Positions 36,900-46,821 are shown, numbered from the stretch's first letter. The stretch is 64,000 nt of DNA from Draconibacterium sp. (GCA_041393215.1 JAWKKP010000018.1:20675-84674); one strand, 5' to 3'. Translations and numbers: made by a program. The notes: generated by a model from the sequence alone, not told the origin.

Positions 36900-38273
36900 A
36901 TGAAACATCTTATAAAAATAAATTTCACCCTCGTACTTGTTTCTTTAATACTGCCACTTTTTGCACAAAACGACTTAAAACAGCCAGATCTGAAAGTTTA
37001 TCTTTCTGAAGATAAGAGTTCCTATGCAGGAATTACAATGGTGAATCAAATATGGACACGGTATATCTGGAATAATCCGGATGTTAATGGTGTGCAGCAA
37101 TACAGCGATTTTGATTTAGGGGTTCGCAGGAGCAGGCTTACATTTTATACTTATCTTTTCGATCGTGCTTTGGTTTCGGCTCAAATAGGAGCCGATGGGA
37201 TGACCTATCGTTCAAAGGAAAAAGCAGCGTTGAACCTGATTGATTTGGAGTCGGAATTTATTATACAAAAAGAGAAACTTCATATTGGTTTTGGGTTAAA
37301 TTCCTGGAATGGGGTTTCGCGTTATAACAACCGAAAAATAGAAGAGTTCCTTGTTGTTGATAATCCGGGTTTTGCTTATCCTTTGAATGGTACTTTTGAT
37401 CATTTGGGACGACAGCTTGGAGTTTATGCAAAGGGAACTTTGAGCAAACTGCATTACCGGGTTTCGCTGGTAAAACCATTTGAAACAGGTGTAGATTCAG
37501 TTTCAACCCCGGTTACCACAGAGCTGGTAAACGAAAATTTTGCAGTAAAAGGATACTTTGAGTGGCAGTTTTTCGACAAGGAAAATACACTCTTTCCTTA
37601 TATGACCATGAATAATTTGGGGCGCGCCAAAATGTTGAACGTTGGCCTTGGTTTTTACTATCATCCGCAGGCGATGCTGGTGGAAGCTGATAAAGATTTA
37701 TCAACCGTAGATCCCTATTTGGCAGCGCTTCTCAAACTTTCCGGACAGGAGGAACAAATATGGGAATTAGCCGATTATTATCCTTCGGGAGTAAGCGACA
37801 TATTTTTAGCCGCAGTTGATGTGTTTCTCGATGTTCCTACAAAAAGAAACGGGGCGATAACTTCTTATCTGGGTTATTACTACAATTTTTTTGGACCGGA
37901 TTATTTACGTTCTATGAGCATAATGAATGTTTCAAAAATGTCGGCCGATATTGCACTTCCGCAGGGAATTGGAAATTCGGAGTGGGCAACCGGTACGGGT
38001 CACATTGTTCGTGGCGAGTTCGGTTATTTACTTCCGGGAAGAGGAATGAAAAACCGTTTTCAGCCTTACGGAGCATTTACCATAAAAAGTTTTGAAGCGC
38101 TCGACGATATTTCTTTTCAGTATGATGCTGGAATCAACTGGTTGTGGTACGGTCACAATTTGAAATGGACACTTCAATATTCCTCGCGGCCAATTTTTAC
38201 TTTAGTCGAAGGAAAAAATAAAAGGACCGAATCAAAAGGACAAATTATTTTGCAAACTCAAATCTACTTTTAG
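36900..38273 (+). CDS. Putative outer-membrane beta-barrel (porin-like) protein
   Basis: Signal peptide, DLGVRRSRL, alternating aromatic beta-strands and C-terminal QTQIYF. Confidence 0.7.
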   Translation: MKHLIKINFTLVLVSLILPLFAQNDLKQPDLKVYLSEDKSSYAGITMVNQIWTRYIWNNPDVNGVQQYSDFDLGVRRSRLTFYTYLFDRALVSAQIGADGMTYRSKEKAALNLIDLESEFIIQKEKLHIGFGLNSWNGVSRYNNRKIEEFLVVDNPGFAYPLNGTFDHLGRQLGVYAKGTLSKLHYRVSLVKPFETGVDSVSTPVTTELVNENFAVKGYFEWQFFDKENTLFPYMTMNNLGRAKMLNVGLGFYYHPQAMLVEADKDLSTVDPYLAALLKLSGQEEQIWELADYYPSGVSDIFLAAVDVFLDVPTKRNGAITSYLGYYYNFFGPDYLRSMSIMNVSKMSADIALPQGIGNSEWATGTGHIVRGEFGYLLPGRGMKNRFQPYGAFTIKSFEALDDISFQYDAGINWLWYGHNLKWTLQYSSRPIFTLVEGKNKRTESKGQIILQTQIYF

Positions 38274-38373
38274 TGAATAAATTGAGCGGATTTGTGATCA
38301 ATCTCATCAACTATTTATACTCCCCATTGCACAAAAATAAGTACTTTCACTGGCTGAAAATAAGTTGTGAATT

Positions 38374-38823
38374 ATGCCAAAAATAAGGGTAACCAAAAGG
38401 TTCCATTTCGAAATGGCGCATACCCTTTATGAATATGATGGATTGTGTCGGAATATCCATGGACATTCCTATAATCTGGAAGTTACATTAATGGGTGAAC
38501 CCAGAAAAGAACCTTTGCACCCTAAGGATGGAATGATCATTGACTTTAGTGAACTTAAGGAAATTGTAAAGTCGCAGATTGTTTCCCGGTTTGACCATGC
38601 ATTAATGGTAAACTGCCTGGTTCCGAATGAGCAGAAAGAAATTCTGAAGAAATCAACAAATCGCTTAATCGTTGTTGATTTTCAACCCACTTCCGAAAAT
38701 ATTGCAGCTTATATTGCCGAAATACTTCAACAACATTTGCCTTCAGATGTTTTGTTATTTAGTATAAGGTTGTACGAAACCATAACTTCGTTTGCAGAGT
38801 GGTTTGCATCCGATAATCAATAA
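38374..38823 (+). CDS. queD: 6-carboxy-5,6,7,8-tetrahydropterin synthase
   Basis: FHFEMAH, CRNIHGHSY, IIDFSELK, PTSEN and RLYET motifs. Confidence 0.93.
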   Translation: MPKIRVTKRFHFEMAHTLYEYDGLCRNIHGHSYNLEVTLMGEPRKEPLHPKDGMIIDFSELKEIVKSQIVSRFDHALMVNCLVPNEQKEILKKSTNRLIVVDFQPTSENIAAYIAEILQQHLPSDVLLFSIRLYETITSFAEWFASDNQ

Positions 38824-38824
38824 A

Positions 38825-41611
38825 ATGAAAAACATGGCTGAAACTGAGACTCAGAAACTTTTTTTACTTGATGCTTTTGCACTTATTTACCGTAGTTATT
38901 TTGCTTTTATCCGCAACCCCCGGTTTAATTCAAAGGGAGTGAATACCTCAGCAATGTACGGTTTTACAAATACGCTAATTCAACTTTTAGAGAAGGAAAG
39001 CCCGCATTATATTGGTGTTGTTTTTGATGTTTCGGCTCCAACATTCAGGCATAAAATGTTTGAAGCATATAAAGCTAACCGCGAAGAAATGCCAGAAGAT
39101 TTGAGAAAATCAATTCCCTACATCCGCAATATCATCAAGGCATTTAATATTCCGATAATTGAAATGGAGGGTTTTGAAGCCGACGATGTCATTGGAACGC
39201 TGGCTCAAAAAGGGCTAAAAGAAGGATTTGAAACCTACATGATGACTCCCGATAAAGATTATGCGCAGCTGGTTACCGACAAAATTTACATGTACAAACC
39301 CGGAAAATCCGGTGGCGATTCCGAGGTTTGGGGAGTGAATGAAGTAAAAGAAAATTTTGGAATTGAAAATCCGGAGCAGGTTATTGACATATTAGGATTA
39401 ATGGGCGACTCGGCCGACAATATTCCTGGTTGCCCGGGAATTGGCCCCAAAACAGCCGAAAAACTGATTGCTGAATTTGGGAGTATCGACGGAATTTATG
39501 CCAATATTGACAAGCTTAAAGGAAAGCAAAAGGAAAACCTGATTGAATTCGAAAAACAGGTAAGGCTTTCGAGGGAATTGGCTGTTATAATTAAAGATGT
39601 TCCAATCGAATTCAACAAGAAGGATCTTATTCGGGAGGATTTCAACAAAGAAGCTCTAAAGGCAATTCTTGAAGATTTGGAATTTAAATCTGTTGCTGAA
39701 CGCCTTAATTTAAAAGAAGTTGAAAGAAAGGCAGAAACGGCTCAGCAAGGAACATTGTTTGGCGATGAGGTTCCGGTAGAAACCGTGGTGAATTCAAGAA
39801 ATACGTTTGACACGGTTCCGCACCAATATTATTTAATTGAAAATGAAATGCAGCGGGCAAGCCTGCGGGCAGAACTATCCGTGCAGGAAGAATTTTGTTT
39901 CGATACAGAAACCACAGGACTCGATACGCAAACAGCTGAATTAGTATGTATATCGTTTTCGTTCAGAAAGCATGAAGCTTTTTGTGTTACGGTTCCTAAA
40001 AATCGGGAGGAAGCTCAAAAAGTGGTGGATGAATTCCGTGAGATATTTGCTGACGAGAATATTACCAAAATTGGTCAAAACATTAAATACGATATGCTGA
40101 TGCTCAGCAATTACGGAATCGAAGTTAAAGGACGACTTTACGATACCATGCTGGCACACTATTTAATTCAGCCCGAAATAAAACACAACCTCGATTTTTT
40201 ATGTGAGATTTATCTGAATTACCAAAAGATTGAAACGGAGGAATTGATTGGAGGAAAGGGCAAAAACCAGATTACAATGCGTTCGGTTCCGGTGGAAAAG
40301 CTCCGGGATTACGCATGTGAGGATGCCGATTTAACTTTTCAATTGAAGCATGCCATCGATCCTGATTTGGACAAAACAGGAGTACGTGAGCTTTTCGAAA
40401 CATTGGAAATGCCTTTGGTTCCGGTTTTGGTGCATATGGAGAATGCTGGTGTTAAAATTAATGTACAGGAATTAAAAGCGTATGCCGAAGTTTTGCGTGA
40501 ACAAATTATTCAGCTTGAAAAAGACATTTTTGAGTTGGCAGGAGAAGAGTTTAATATATCGTCGCCAAAACAGTTGGGGCCTATTTTGTTTGAAAAACTG
40601 AAAATAGATTCCAATGTAAAAATGACGAAAACCAAGCAATATTCCACTTCGGAAGATGTTTTGGTACGATTAGCTGACCGGCATCCGATTGTAAACAAAA
40701 TACTTGAATTCCGCGGATTGAAAAAACTGCTTTCAACTTATGTAGAAGCATTACCAACCATGATGAACCCCAAAACAGGGAAAATACACACTTCATTTAA
40801 TCAGGCTATTGCAGCAACAGGAAGGTTAAGTTCTGTAAATCCGAACTTACAGAATATTCCGATTCGTGACGAGAGTGGCCGGGAAATCCGGAAGGCGTTT
40901 ATCCCTTCTGATGACGAACATGTCTTTCTTTCGGCTGACTATTCTCAGATTGAACTTCGGGTAATGGCGGCAATGAGCCAGGATGAAGAGATGCTGAAAG
41001 CGTTTAACGAAGAAAAAGATATCCATTCCATAACAGCAGCAAAGATTTATCATGTTTCTGAAAAAGAAGTAAATTCCGATATGCGGAGAAAAGCGAAAAC
41101 CGCCAACTTCGGAATTATTTACGGAATTTCAGCATTTGGGTTGGCGCAACGCTTAAATATTCCACGCACTGAAGCAAAGGAATTGATTGATGGTTACTTT
41201 GAAAATTTTCCTAAAATCAAAGGGTTTATGGATAAACAAATCGAACTGGCAAGAAATCAAGGGTTTGTTCAAACAATTAAAGGAAGAAAGCGTTATTTAA
41301 ATGATATAAATTCGGCAAATGCAGTAGTTAGAGGGGTGGCCGAGCGGAATGCCATAAATGCTCCGATTCAGGGTTCAGCTGCCGATATTATAAAAATAGC
41401 GATGATTAATATTTATAAGCAGCTCGTGGCGCAGGGTTTAAAGTCGAAGATGGTGTTGCAGGTTCACGATGAATTAAATTTTGATGTTTTAACCACAGAA
41501 TTGGATAAAGTAAAGAAAATTGTGAAAACCGAAATGGAGAACGCCGTTGAGATTGGTGTTCCTTTAACTGTTGAAATAAACGCGGCCACTAACTGGCTTG
41601 ATGCACATTAA
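38825..41611 (+). CDS. polA: DNA polymerase I
   Basis: 5'-3' exonuclease (LLDAFALIYRSYF), 3'-5' exonuclease (FDTET), and polymerase motifs DYSQIELR, KTANFGIIYG and QVHDEL. Start is 38825 or 38834. Confidence 0.98.
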   Translation: MKNMAETETQKLFLLDAFALIYRSYFAFIRNPRFNSKGVNTSAMYGFTNTLIQLLEKESPHYIGVVFDVSAPTFRHKMFEAYKANREEMPEDLRKSIPYIRNIIKAFNIPIIEMEGFEADDVIGTLAQKGLKEGFETYMMTPDKDYAQLVTDKIYMYKPGKSGGDSEVWGVNEVKENFGIENPEQVIDILGLMGDSADNIPGCPGIGPKTAEKLIAEFGSIDGIYANIDKLKGKQKENLIEFEKQVRLSRELAVIIKDVPIEFNKKDLIREDFNKEALKAILEDLEFKSVAERLNLKEVERKAETAQQGTLFGDEVPVETVVNSRNTFDTVPHQYYLIENEMQRASLRAELSVQEEFCFDTETTGLDTQTAELVCISFSFRKHEAFCVTVPKNREEAQKVVDEFREIFADENITKIGQNIKYDMLMLSNYGIEVKGRLYDTMLAHYLIQPEIKHNLDFLCEIYLNYQKIETEELIGGKGKNQITMRSVPVEKLRDYACEDADLTFQLKHAIDPDLDKTGVRELFETLEMPLVPVLVHMENAGVKINVQELKAYAEVLREQIIQLEKDIFELAGEEFNISSPKQLGPILFEKLKIDSNVKMTKTKQYSTSEDVLVRLADRHPIVNKILEFRGLKKLLSTYVEALPTMMNPKTGKIHTSFNQAIAATGRLSSVNPNLQNIPIRDESGREIRKAFIPSDDEHVFLSADYSQIELRVMAAMSQDEEMLKAFNEEKDIHSITAAKIYHVSEKEVNSDMRRKAKTANFGIIYGISAFGLAQRLNIPRTEAKELIDGYFENFPKIKGFMDKQIELARNQGFVQTIKGRKRYLNDINSANAVVRGVAERNAINAPIQGSAADIIKIAMINIYKQLVAQGLKSKMVLQVHDELNFDVLTTELDKVKKIVKTEMENAVEIGVPLTVEINAATNWLDAH

Positions 41612-41613
41612 TA

Positions 41614-41769
41614 ATGATTTTTGAAATAGAAACAGAAGAAGACTACCAGCAGGGACTTCGGCGATTTTTGGAAATAGCCGGAAGTCACAACAGCGAAGAA
41701 GAGAAAGAGTTAATTCTTTTAATGGAATTAATGGAAAAATACGAGCGCAATAACTGTTCGTCAAGCTAA
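41614..41769 (+). CDS. 51-aa protein resembling the N-terminal domain of HigA-type antitoxins, without the HTH (absent from ORF track)
   Basis: MIFEIETEEDYQQGLRRFLEIAGSHNSEEEKELILLMELMEKYERNNCSSS; ATG 2 nt after the polA stop. Confidence 0.65.
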   Translation: MIFEIETEEDYQQGLRRFLEIAGSHNSEEEKELILLMELMEKYERNNCSSS

Positions 41770-42722
41770 TTCAAAAAAAAATTATTTACTAGAGATTGGT
41801 ATTTCGTTAACGATTTTGATTTTTTTATCTGTTTAAAAAGTTTCTCTCCGTGGGGGAAACTGTGGCTGAAATAAATCCAAAACTGTTTCATTTTATTCAA
41901 AGCATTTCCTTCGTTATCCATCGTTTCCATATAGTCTTTTAAAACAAGCTGATGAAACTGAAATAATTTCTCCGATTTTTCTTTTGCAGTTAATAGAATA
42001 CCTTGAATTTCTGCGGGGAGAAATGGGTTCATTAAAATCCCGCGACCCAACATCCAATCGTTACTATCCTGAAATCGCTCCTTCATTTTTGAATAATCAT
42101 GATAAGAATGGATATCGCCATTATATACCAGCGGATGTTGTAGCCGGGATTTAGCGTAGGCAAAAGTATCAAGGTCGATTGTTCCGCTATAAAGCTGCCT
42201 GGCAACTCTTGGATGCAAAATAACCTCTGTTAAAGGGAACTGGTTTAATACCGGAATGATTGCCTGAATCTCGTCAGCGGAATGCAATCCGGCCCGAAGC
42301 TTTACCGAAAGCCGGAGTTCTGTTTTTTCATAAAAGCGAGTCAGAATTTCTTTCAAAATATCAGGATTTGGCAGTATTCCAGCTCCTCTTCCCTGGTTGG
42401 TGACCATTGGATACGGACATCCCAAATTAAGGTTCAGTTCGGTGTAGCCCTGGTTTTTTAAAAGTTCGGAAAGAAGAATCATTTCTTTTGAATCTTTTAC
42501 CAAAACCTGCGGAATGGCATTCTTTGGATTATTCTGAAGGAAAATCTCCTTTTCATATTTTTTCAGGATTGTATTGTTTTTTATTGAAATATAGGGAATA
42601 AAGAATTTGTCAACACCTGAAAAAACAAGCGAATAATTTTTCCGGTAAATGTAATCGGTAAATCCCTGCAAAGGAGCGAGATGAATTTTTGAGTGAGCCA
42701 ATTTCAAAAGGTTATTACTCAT
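41766..42722 (-). CDS. tRNA-dihydrouridine synthase family protein
   Basis: LAPLQG, NLNLGCPYPMV, SVKLRAG, ILHPR, YNGDI and MLGRG; -7 element at 42753-42760. Confidence 0.92.
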   Translation of the reverse strand: MSNNLLKLAHSKIHLAPLQGFTDYIYRKNYSLVFSGVDKFFIPYISIKNNTILKKYEKEIFLQNNPKNAIPQVLVKDSKEMILLSELLKNQGYTELNLNLGCPYPMVTNQGRGAGILPNPDILKEILTRFYEKTELRLSVKLRAGLHSADEIQAIIPVLNQFPLTEVILHPRVARQLYSGTIDLDTFAYAKSRLQHPLVYNGDIHSYHDYSKMKERFQDSNDWMLGRGILMNPFLPAEIQGILLTAKEKSEKLFQFHQLVLKDYMETMDNEGNALNKMKQFWIYFSHSFPHGEKLFKQIKKSKSLTKYQSLVNNFFLN

Positions 42723-42822
42723 AGTGCATTAAAAACGAAAATCAAAATCCTGCAAATATATTCTACCGGCGCAATTCTACAATCCACATTCATTTAATAT
42801 CTTTGCCGGGTAAATACAGTGA

Positions 42823-43755
42823 ATGGCGAATTTTGGAAAATACAGTAAAAATGGAACTTTCGCATATTATTCGCTACAACGTGCGGGAGAAGTAAATCAA
42901 GAGCAGGAATCTTTGGCCGGGCAGGATACTGTAATAACACAAACGGATACATTTCTGCAGCCCACTACAAATATTGTTCAAAATTGGAAGTGGCTGGGTA
43001 CTAAAAAGATGGTTGTTCCCGGGTCGGAATACTTGTCAACTATCGATTATGCCGAGATAATGTCGGCAGATACGTTGCAACCCGCTACCATTGAATTGCC
43101 CGTTTATAAATTTAACCGATATAATACAGATTGGCTGACTCTAATTTTATTGCTTGTCCTGGTTCTTTTGGCAACAGTTCGGGTTGGTTATGCCAAATAT
43201 ATCAGTACGTTGTTTCAGTCAATCGTAAATTATTCAACAGCTTTCCGGATGTTTCGCGAAAAAAACTATTCGATTTTACATGGAGCCTCGCGCTTGGAGG
43301 CCTTGTATTACATTGTCTTTTCTGTTTTCCTTTTTCAGATTTTGGCTCTCTACTTTTTTGGCGCTGAAAAAACTGGTATTATCTTTTACGGAAAAACGTT
43401 AGCTTTTATTGTTCTTTATTTTGTTTCAAAAAAAACGATTTATAAAGCATTGGGAACAATTTTCAATGGAGTTGCCGAAACTTCAGAGTTTCTTTTTAGT
43501 TTGGATAACTTTAACCGGGTTACGGGTATAATTTTAATTCCGATCGTGGCCTTAATCGCTTTCTATCCTTACGAAAACATTAACTTTATTGTGCTTCTGG
43601 GAGGATTAACGGTTGTTGGATCGTATTTATTTTTGTTACAAAGAGGAATTTCAATTTTATTAAAAAAACAATTTTCTATATTTTATCTCTTTTTATACCT
43701 TTGTACCCTTGAATTTTTACCCTTGCTTTTAATTTATAAAGTAATAGTTGAATAA
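42823..43755 (+). CDS. DUF4271-family membrane protein
   Basis: C-terminal FYLFLYLCTLEFLP; usual position before hemD; -7 element TATCTTTG at 42798-42805. Confidence 0.85.
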   Translation: MANFGKYSKNGTFAYYSLQRAGEVNQEQESLAGQDTVITQTDTFLQPTTNIVQNWKWLGTKKMVVPGSEYLSTIDYAEIMSADTLQPATIELPVYKFNRYNTDWLTLILLLVLVLLATVRVGYAKYISTLFQSIVNYSTAFRMFREKNYSILHGASRLEALYYIVFSVFLFQILALYFFGAEKTGIIFYGKTLAFIVLYFVSKKTIYKALGTIFNGVAETSEFLFSLDNFNRVTGIILIPIVALIAFYPYENINFIVLLGGLTVVGSYLFLLQRGISILLKKQFSIFYLFLYLCTLEFLPLLLIYKVIVE

Positions 43756-43789
43756 TAAGGGGTTTAAGTTTCATTAAAAGCAGAATAAT

Positions 43790-44536
43790 TTGAAAATCAG
43801 AAGTATCTTAGTTTCACAGCCAGATCCGGGAACGGCAAAGTCTCCATATCATGAACTGGCCGAGAAAAATGGGTTGAAAATAGACTTTAGGCCTTTTATA
43901 CAGGTTGAAGGTGTATCGGCAAAAGAATTCCGCCAAACCAGGATTCATATTTTGGAGCATACCGCCGTAATTTTTACCAGTCGAACAGCAATTGACCATT
44001 TCTTTCGCATCAGTCAGGAACTGCGTTTAACCATCCCCGATACCATGAAATACTTTTGTATTTCAGAAGCCACCGCGTTCTATTTACAGAAATATATTGT
44101 GTATCGAAAACGCAAAATATTTTATGCCGACGGAAGATTCTCCGATTTAACCAGTGTTATGAAAAAGCACAAAGATGAGAAGTTTCTCGTGCCGTTATCT
44201 GATATTCATAAGCCTGAAATCCCGCTTTTACTCGATAAGGATAATTATAAATACACCAAGGCAATTTTGTATCGCACGGTGAGCAGCGACTTATCGGACT
44301 TAAGCGATATTAAATACGATATCCTTGTGTTTTTCAGTCCTTCCGGAATTAAATCACTTTTTCAGAATTTCCCCGATTTTCAGCAAAATGATACGTTAAT
44401 TGCCTGTTTTGGGCCAACAACGGCAAAAGCTGTTCGCGAAGCAGGACTGCGTTTGGATATTGAAGCCCCTACTTCTCAAGCTCCTTCAATGACCATGGCG
44501 CTTGAGCAATACATAAAGAAGAACAATAAAGTTTAG
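43790..44536 (+). CDS. hemD: Uroporphyrinogen-III synthase (Bacteroidota HemD-like)
   Basis: ILVSQP, DFRPFIQVEG, FTSRTAIDHFF and LVFFSPSGIKSL; TTG start. Confidence 0.85.
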   Translation: MKIRSILVSQPDPGTAKSPYHELAEKNGLKIDFRPFIQVEGVSAKEFRQTRIHILEHTAVIFTSRTAIDHFFRISQELRLTIPDTMKYFCISEATAFYLQKYIVYRKRKIFYADGRFSDLTSVMKKHKDEKFLVPLSDIHKPEIPLLLDKDNYKYTKAILYRTVSSDLSDLSDIKYDILVFFSPSGIKSLFQNFPDFQQNDTLIACFGPTTAKAVREAGLRLDIEAPTSQAPSMTMALEQYIKKNNKV

Positions 44537-44551
44537 TTGAAAAAAGATTTA

Positions 44552-44594
44552 TAATTTTGAAAGGCTGTTCGTCAACCGACGGGTAGCCTTTTTT
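44552..44594 (+). terminator. Terminator after hemD, overlapped by a -7 promoter element
   Basis: 14-bp stem AAAGGCTGTTCGTC/GACGGGTAGCCTTT plus T-tract; TAATTTTG at 44552-44559. Confidence 0.7.
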
Positions 44595-44601
44595 GATTCG
44601 A

Positions 44602-45012
44602 ATGAAACAAGACCCGGAAAATACAGGAAACGCTCCAATTAAGCTGACCTTTCATAAAGAGGAACGGCTTTGTAGTAAAAAAATCATTGAAAAACTCTTT
44701 TTGGAAGGAAAAACTTTCCTGACTTTTCCCATTAAGGTTGTATATATTCAAAACCCGGTTCCTTCAAAATTTCCGGTACAGGCAGGATTTTCCGTTGGTA
44801 AAAAAATATTTAAACGCGCCGTTCACCGAAATTTTATAAAACGAAGAATGCGCGAAGCCTACCGGCTGAACAAAAACGAGTTATACCTGCAAATGGGCGA
44901 CAAACAAATGGCGGTATTTTTTATTTTTGTAGGAAAAACCATTCCCGAATATGCGTTAATTGAATCTACAATGAAAAAAAGTATTAAGAAGCTGATAAAC
45001 GAAATTTCTTAA
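44602..45012 (+). CDS. rnpA: Ribonuclease P protein component
   Basis: TFHKEERL and FSVGKKIFKRAVHRNFIKRRMREAYR (RNR motif). Confidence 0.93.
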   Translation: MKQDPENTGNAPIKLTFHKEERLCSKKIIEKLFLEGKTFLTFPIKVVYIQNPVPSKFPVQAGFSVGKKIFKRAVHRNFIKRRMREAYRLNKNELYLQMGDKQMAVFFIFVGKTIPEYALIESTMKKSIKKLINEIS

Positions 45013-45026
45013 TTTGCCCAACTCCT

Positions 45027-46406
45027 ATGAAACCAACGGATATACCCGGACTATTAACGAAACAAAATGTTTTTTTTAATTCCCGTGCCACGCTTCCTGT
45101 CAATTATAGAATAGATAAACTAAAACAGCTAAAGAAAGCCATTCAAAAATACGAAAGGGAAATTCTGGATGCACTTTATGCCGATTTAGGGAAAAGTGAG
45201 TTTGAAGCGTTTTCGGGGGAGGTGGGCCTTTCTGTTAGAGAAATCTCATTTCATATTCGAAACTTAAAGAAGTGGTCTAAACCCAAAAGGGTTTCAACTC
45301 CGTTGTTTTTATTTCCTTCAAAAAGTTGCATCTGCAAACAACCTTATGGAAAAGTGCTGATTATGGTACCGTTTAATTACCCGCTCATGCTCGCCATTAT
45401 TCCGTTAGTGGGTGCAATTTCTGCCGGAAATGTTGCCATTATAAAACCTTCGGAGTTAACAGCGAAGACCACGGTTGTAATCAACAAAATAATTTCGGAA
45501 ACCTTTAACCCAGAACACGTAGCTGTTGTGCAGGGTGGAGTTGAAGTTGGCCGCGAATTACTGGCACAACGGTGGGATATGATATTTTTTACCGGAAGCT
45601 TACCGGTGGGTAAAATGGTAATGGAGGCGGCAGCTAAAAATCTTACTCCCGTGGTGCTGGAATTGGGAGGAAAAAATCCGGTAGTGGTGGATAAGGATGC
45701 CCATCTTGAAACGGCTGCCAAACGAATTATCTGGGGAAAAATGTTTAATGCAGGGCAGTCGTGTGTTGCCCCCGACTATTTGCTTGTTAACGAAGAAATC
45801 AGGGAAGAATTTCTAAAGCTTCTGAAAAAGGCAATTGTTCAGATGTACACTGAAAATCCGAAGGAGAGCAAAGATTTTGCCCGGATTATCAATGAAAAGG
45901 CAATCGACAGGCTCGTCAAAATAACAGAAAACGAAACAATTTATACCGGTGGGGAATCGGATAGGAAAGAAAACTATTTTGCCCCAACCATAATAACCGA
46001 TGTCAATGCGGATTCGCCGTTAATGCAGGAAGAAATTTTCGGGCCGGTTTTGCCGGTCATTTCTTTTAACGAATTAGACGATGCAATTCATCATATTAAC
46101 TCCGCAGAAAAACCACTGGTGGCCTACTTTTTCTCCGAAAACAAGAAAAAGCAAAGGAAATTTCTGGATTCAACTTCTTCGGGAGATGCCTGCATAAACG
46201 AAGTTGTTGTGCATTTCACCAACTTTTCGCTTCCTTTTGGGGGCATTGGTTATAGCGGGATGGGCAAATACCAGGGCAAATACAGTTTTGAGGCTTTTTC
46301 TCACCGCCGCTCGGTAATGAAAACCACTACCCGTTTCGATATTCCTTTCCGCTATCCACCCATCAAAAAATATGTGCTGAAAGCGATTCGCCAGGTATTC
46401 CGATGA
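45027..46406 (+). CDS. Aldehyde dehydrogenase (ALDH3-like)
   Basis: PFNYP, IIKPSE, FFTGS, LELGGKNP, NAGQSCVAPD and EEIFGP. Confidence 0.95.
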   Translation: MKPTDIPGLLTKQNVFFNSRATLPVNYRIDKLKQLKKAIQKYEREILDALYADLGKSEFEAFSGEVGLSVREISFHIRNLKKWSKPKRVSTPLFLFPSKSCICKQPYGKVLIMVPFNYPLMLAIIPLVGAISAGNVAIIKPSELTAKTTVVINKIISETFNPEHVAVVQGGVEVGRELLAQRWDMIFFTGSLPVGKMVMEAAAKNLTPVVLELGGKNPVVVDKDAHLETAAKRIIWGKMFNAGQSCVAPDYLLVNEEIREEFLKLLKKAIVQMYTENPKESKDFARIINEKAIDRLVKITENETIYTGGESDRKENYFAPTIITDVNADSPLMQEEIFGPVLPVISFNELDDAIHHINSAEKPLVAYFFSENKKKQRKFLDSTSSGDACINEVVVHFTNFSLPFGGIGYSGMGKYQGKYSFEAFSHRRSVMKTTTRFDIPFRYPPIKKYVLKAIRQVFR

Positions 46407-46471
46407 ATTTGCACGGCTTATGTCCTTTAACGAATTACACGGCTGCAGCTGCACTTCTGTTTTCTTTCCTT

Positions 46472-46618
46472 TGGAAGAAGAGAAATTCCACATCGAATAA
46501 GGTTCCTGCCGTATGAAACCATTGATATTCCAAATAGAATTGACTTGCTGCCATAGAGAATTACTATCATTCCAAATGGAATTATCTTTCTGCGCTTTGG
46601 AATTATCTTTCTGCCGCG
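46472..46618. repeat. Degenerate 21-nt tandem repeat (7 units, with A/B alternation giving a 42-nt period)
   Basis: Units start at 46472, 46493, 46514, 46535, 46556, 46577 and 46598. The last two share TGGAATTATCTTTCTGC exactly. Confidence 0.7.
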
Positions 46619-46821
46619 TAGTTTTAATTCCGTGAAAACGTTTACCCGGGCGGAATACGAACGAAGCAAGAGAAAAAACAGGGTCGGAATGGTTTTGGCT
46701 CAGCGTCTCTTATTCCCGCTCCTGAAGATTGGGCCTGATAGGGCGGAACAGAACGGCGCGGGAATAAAAACCGGGCAAAAGCATTGGTTTAGAGGGCGGG
46801 CAAATGCTTACAAAAGCTGAT

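Noticed and set aside
41564-41764. 66-aa minus-strand ORF
   Set aside because: Antisense shadow of the better supported 51-aa plus-strand ORF and the end of polA.
46472-46618. CRISPR array
   Set aside because: The units are contiguous and degenerate, with no unique spacers and no cas genes.
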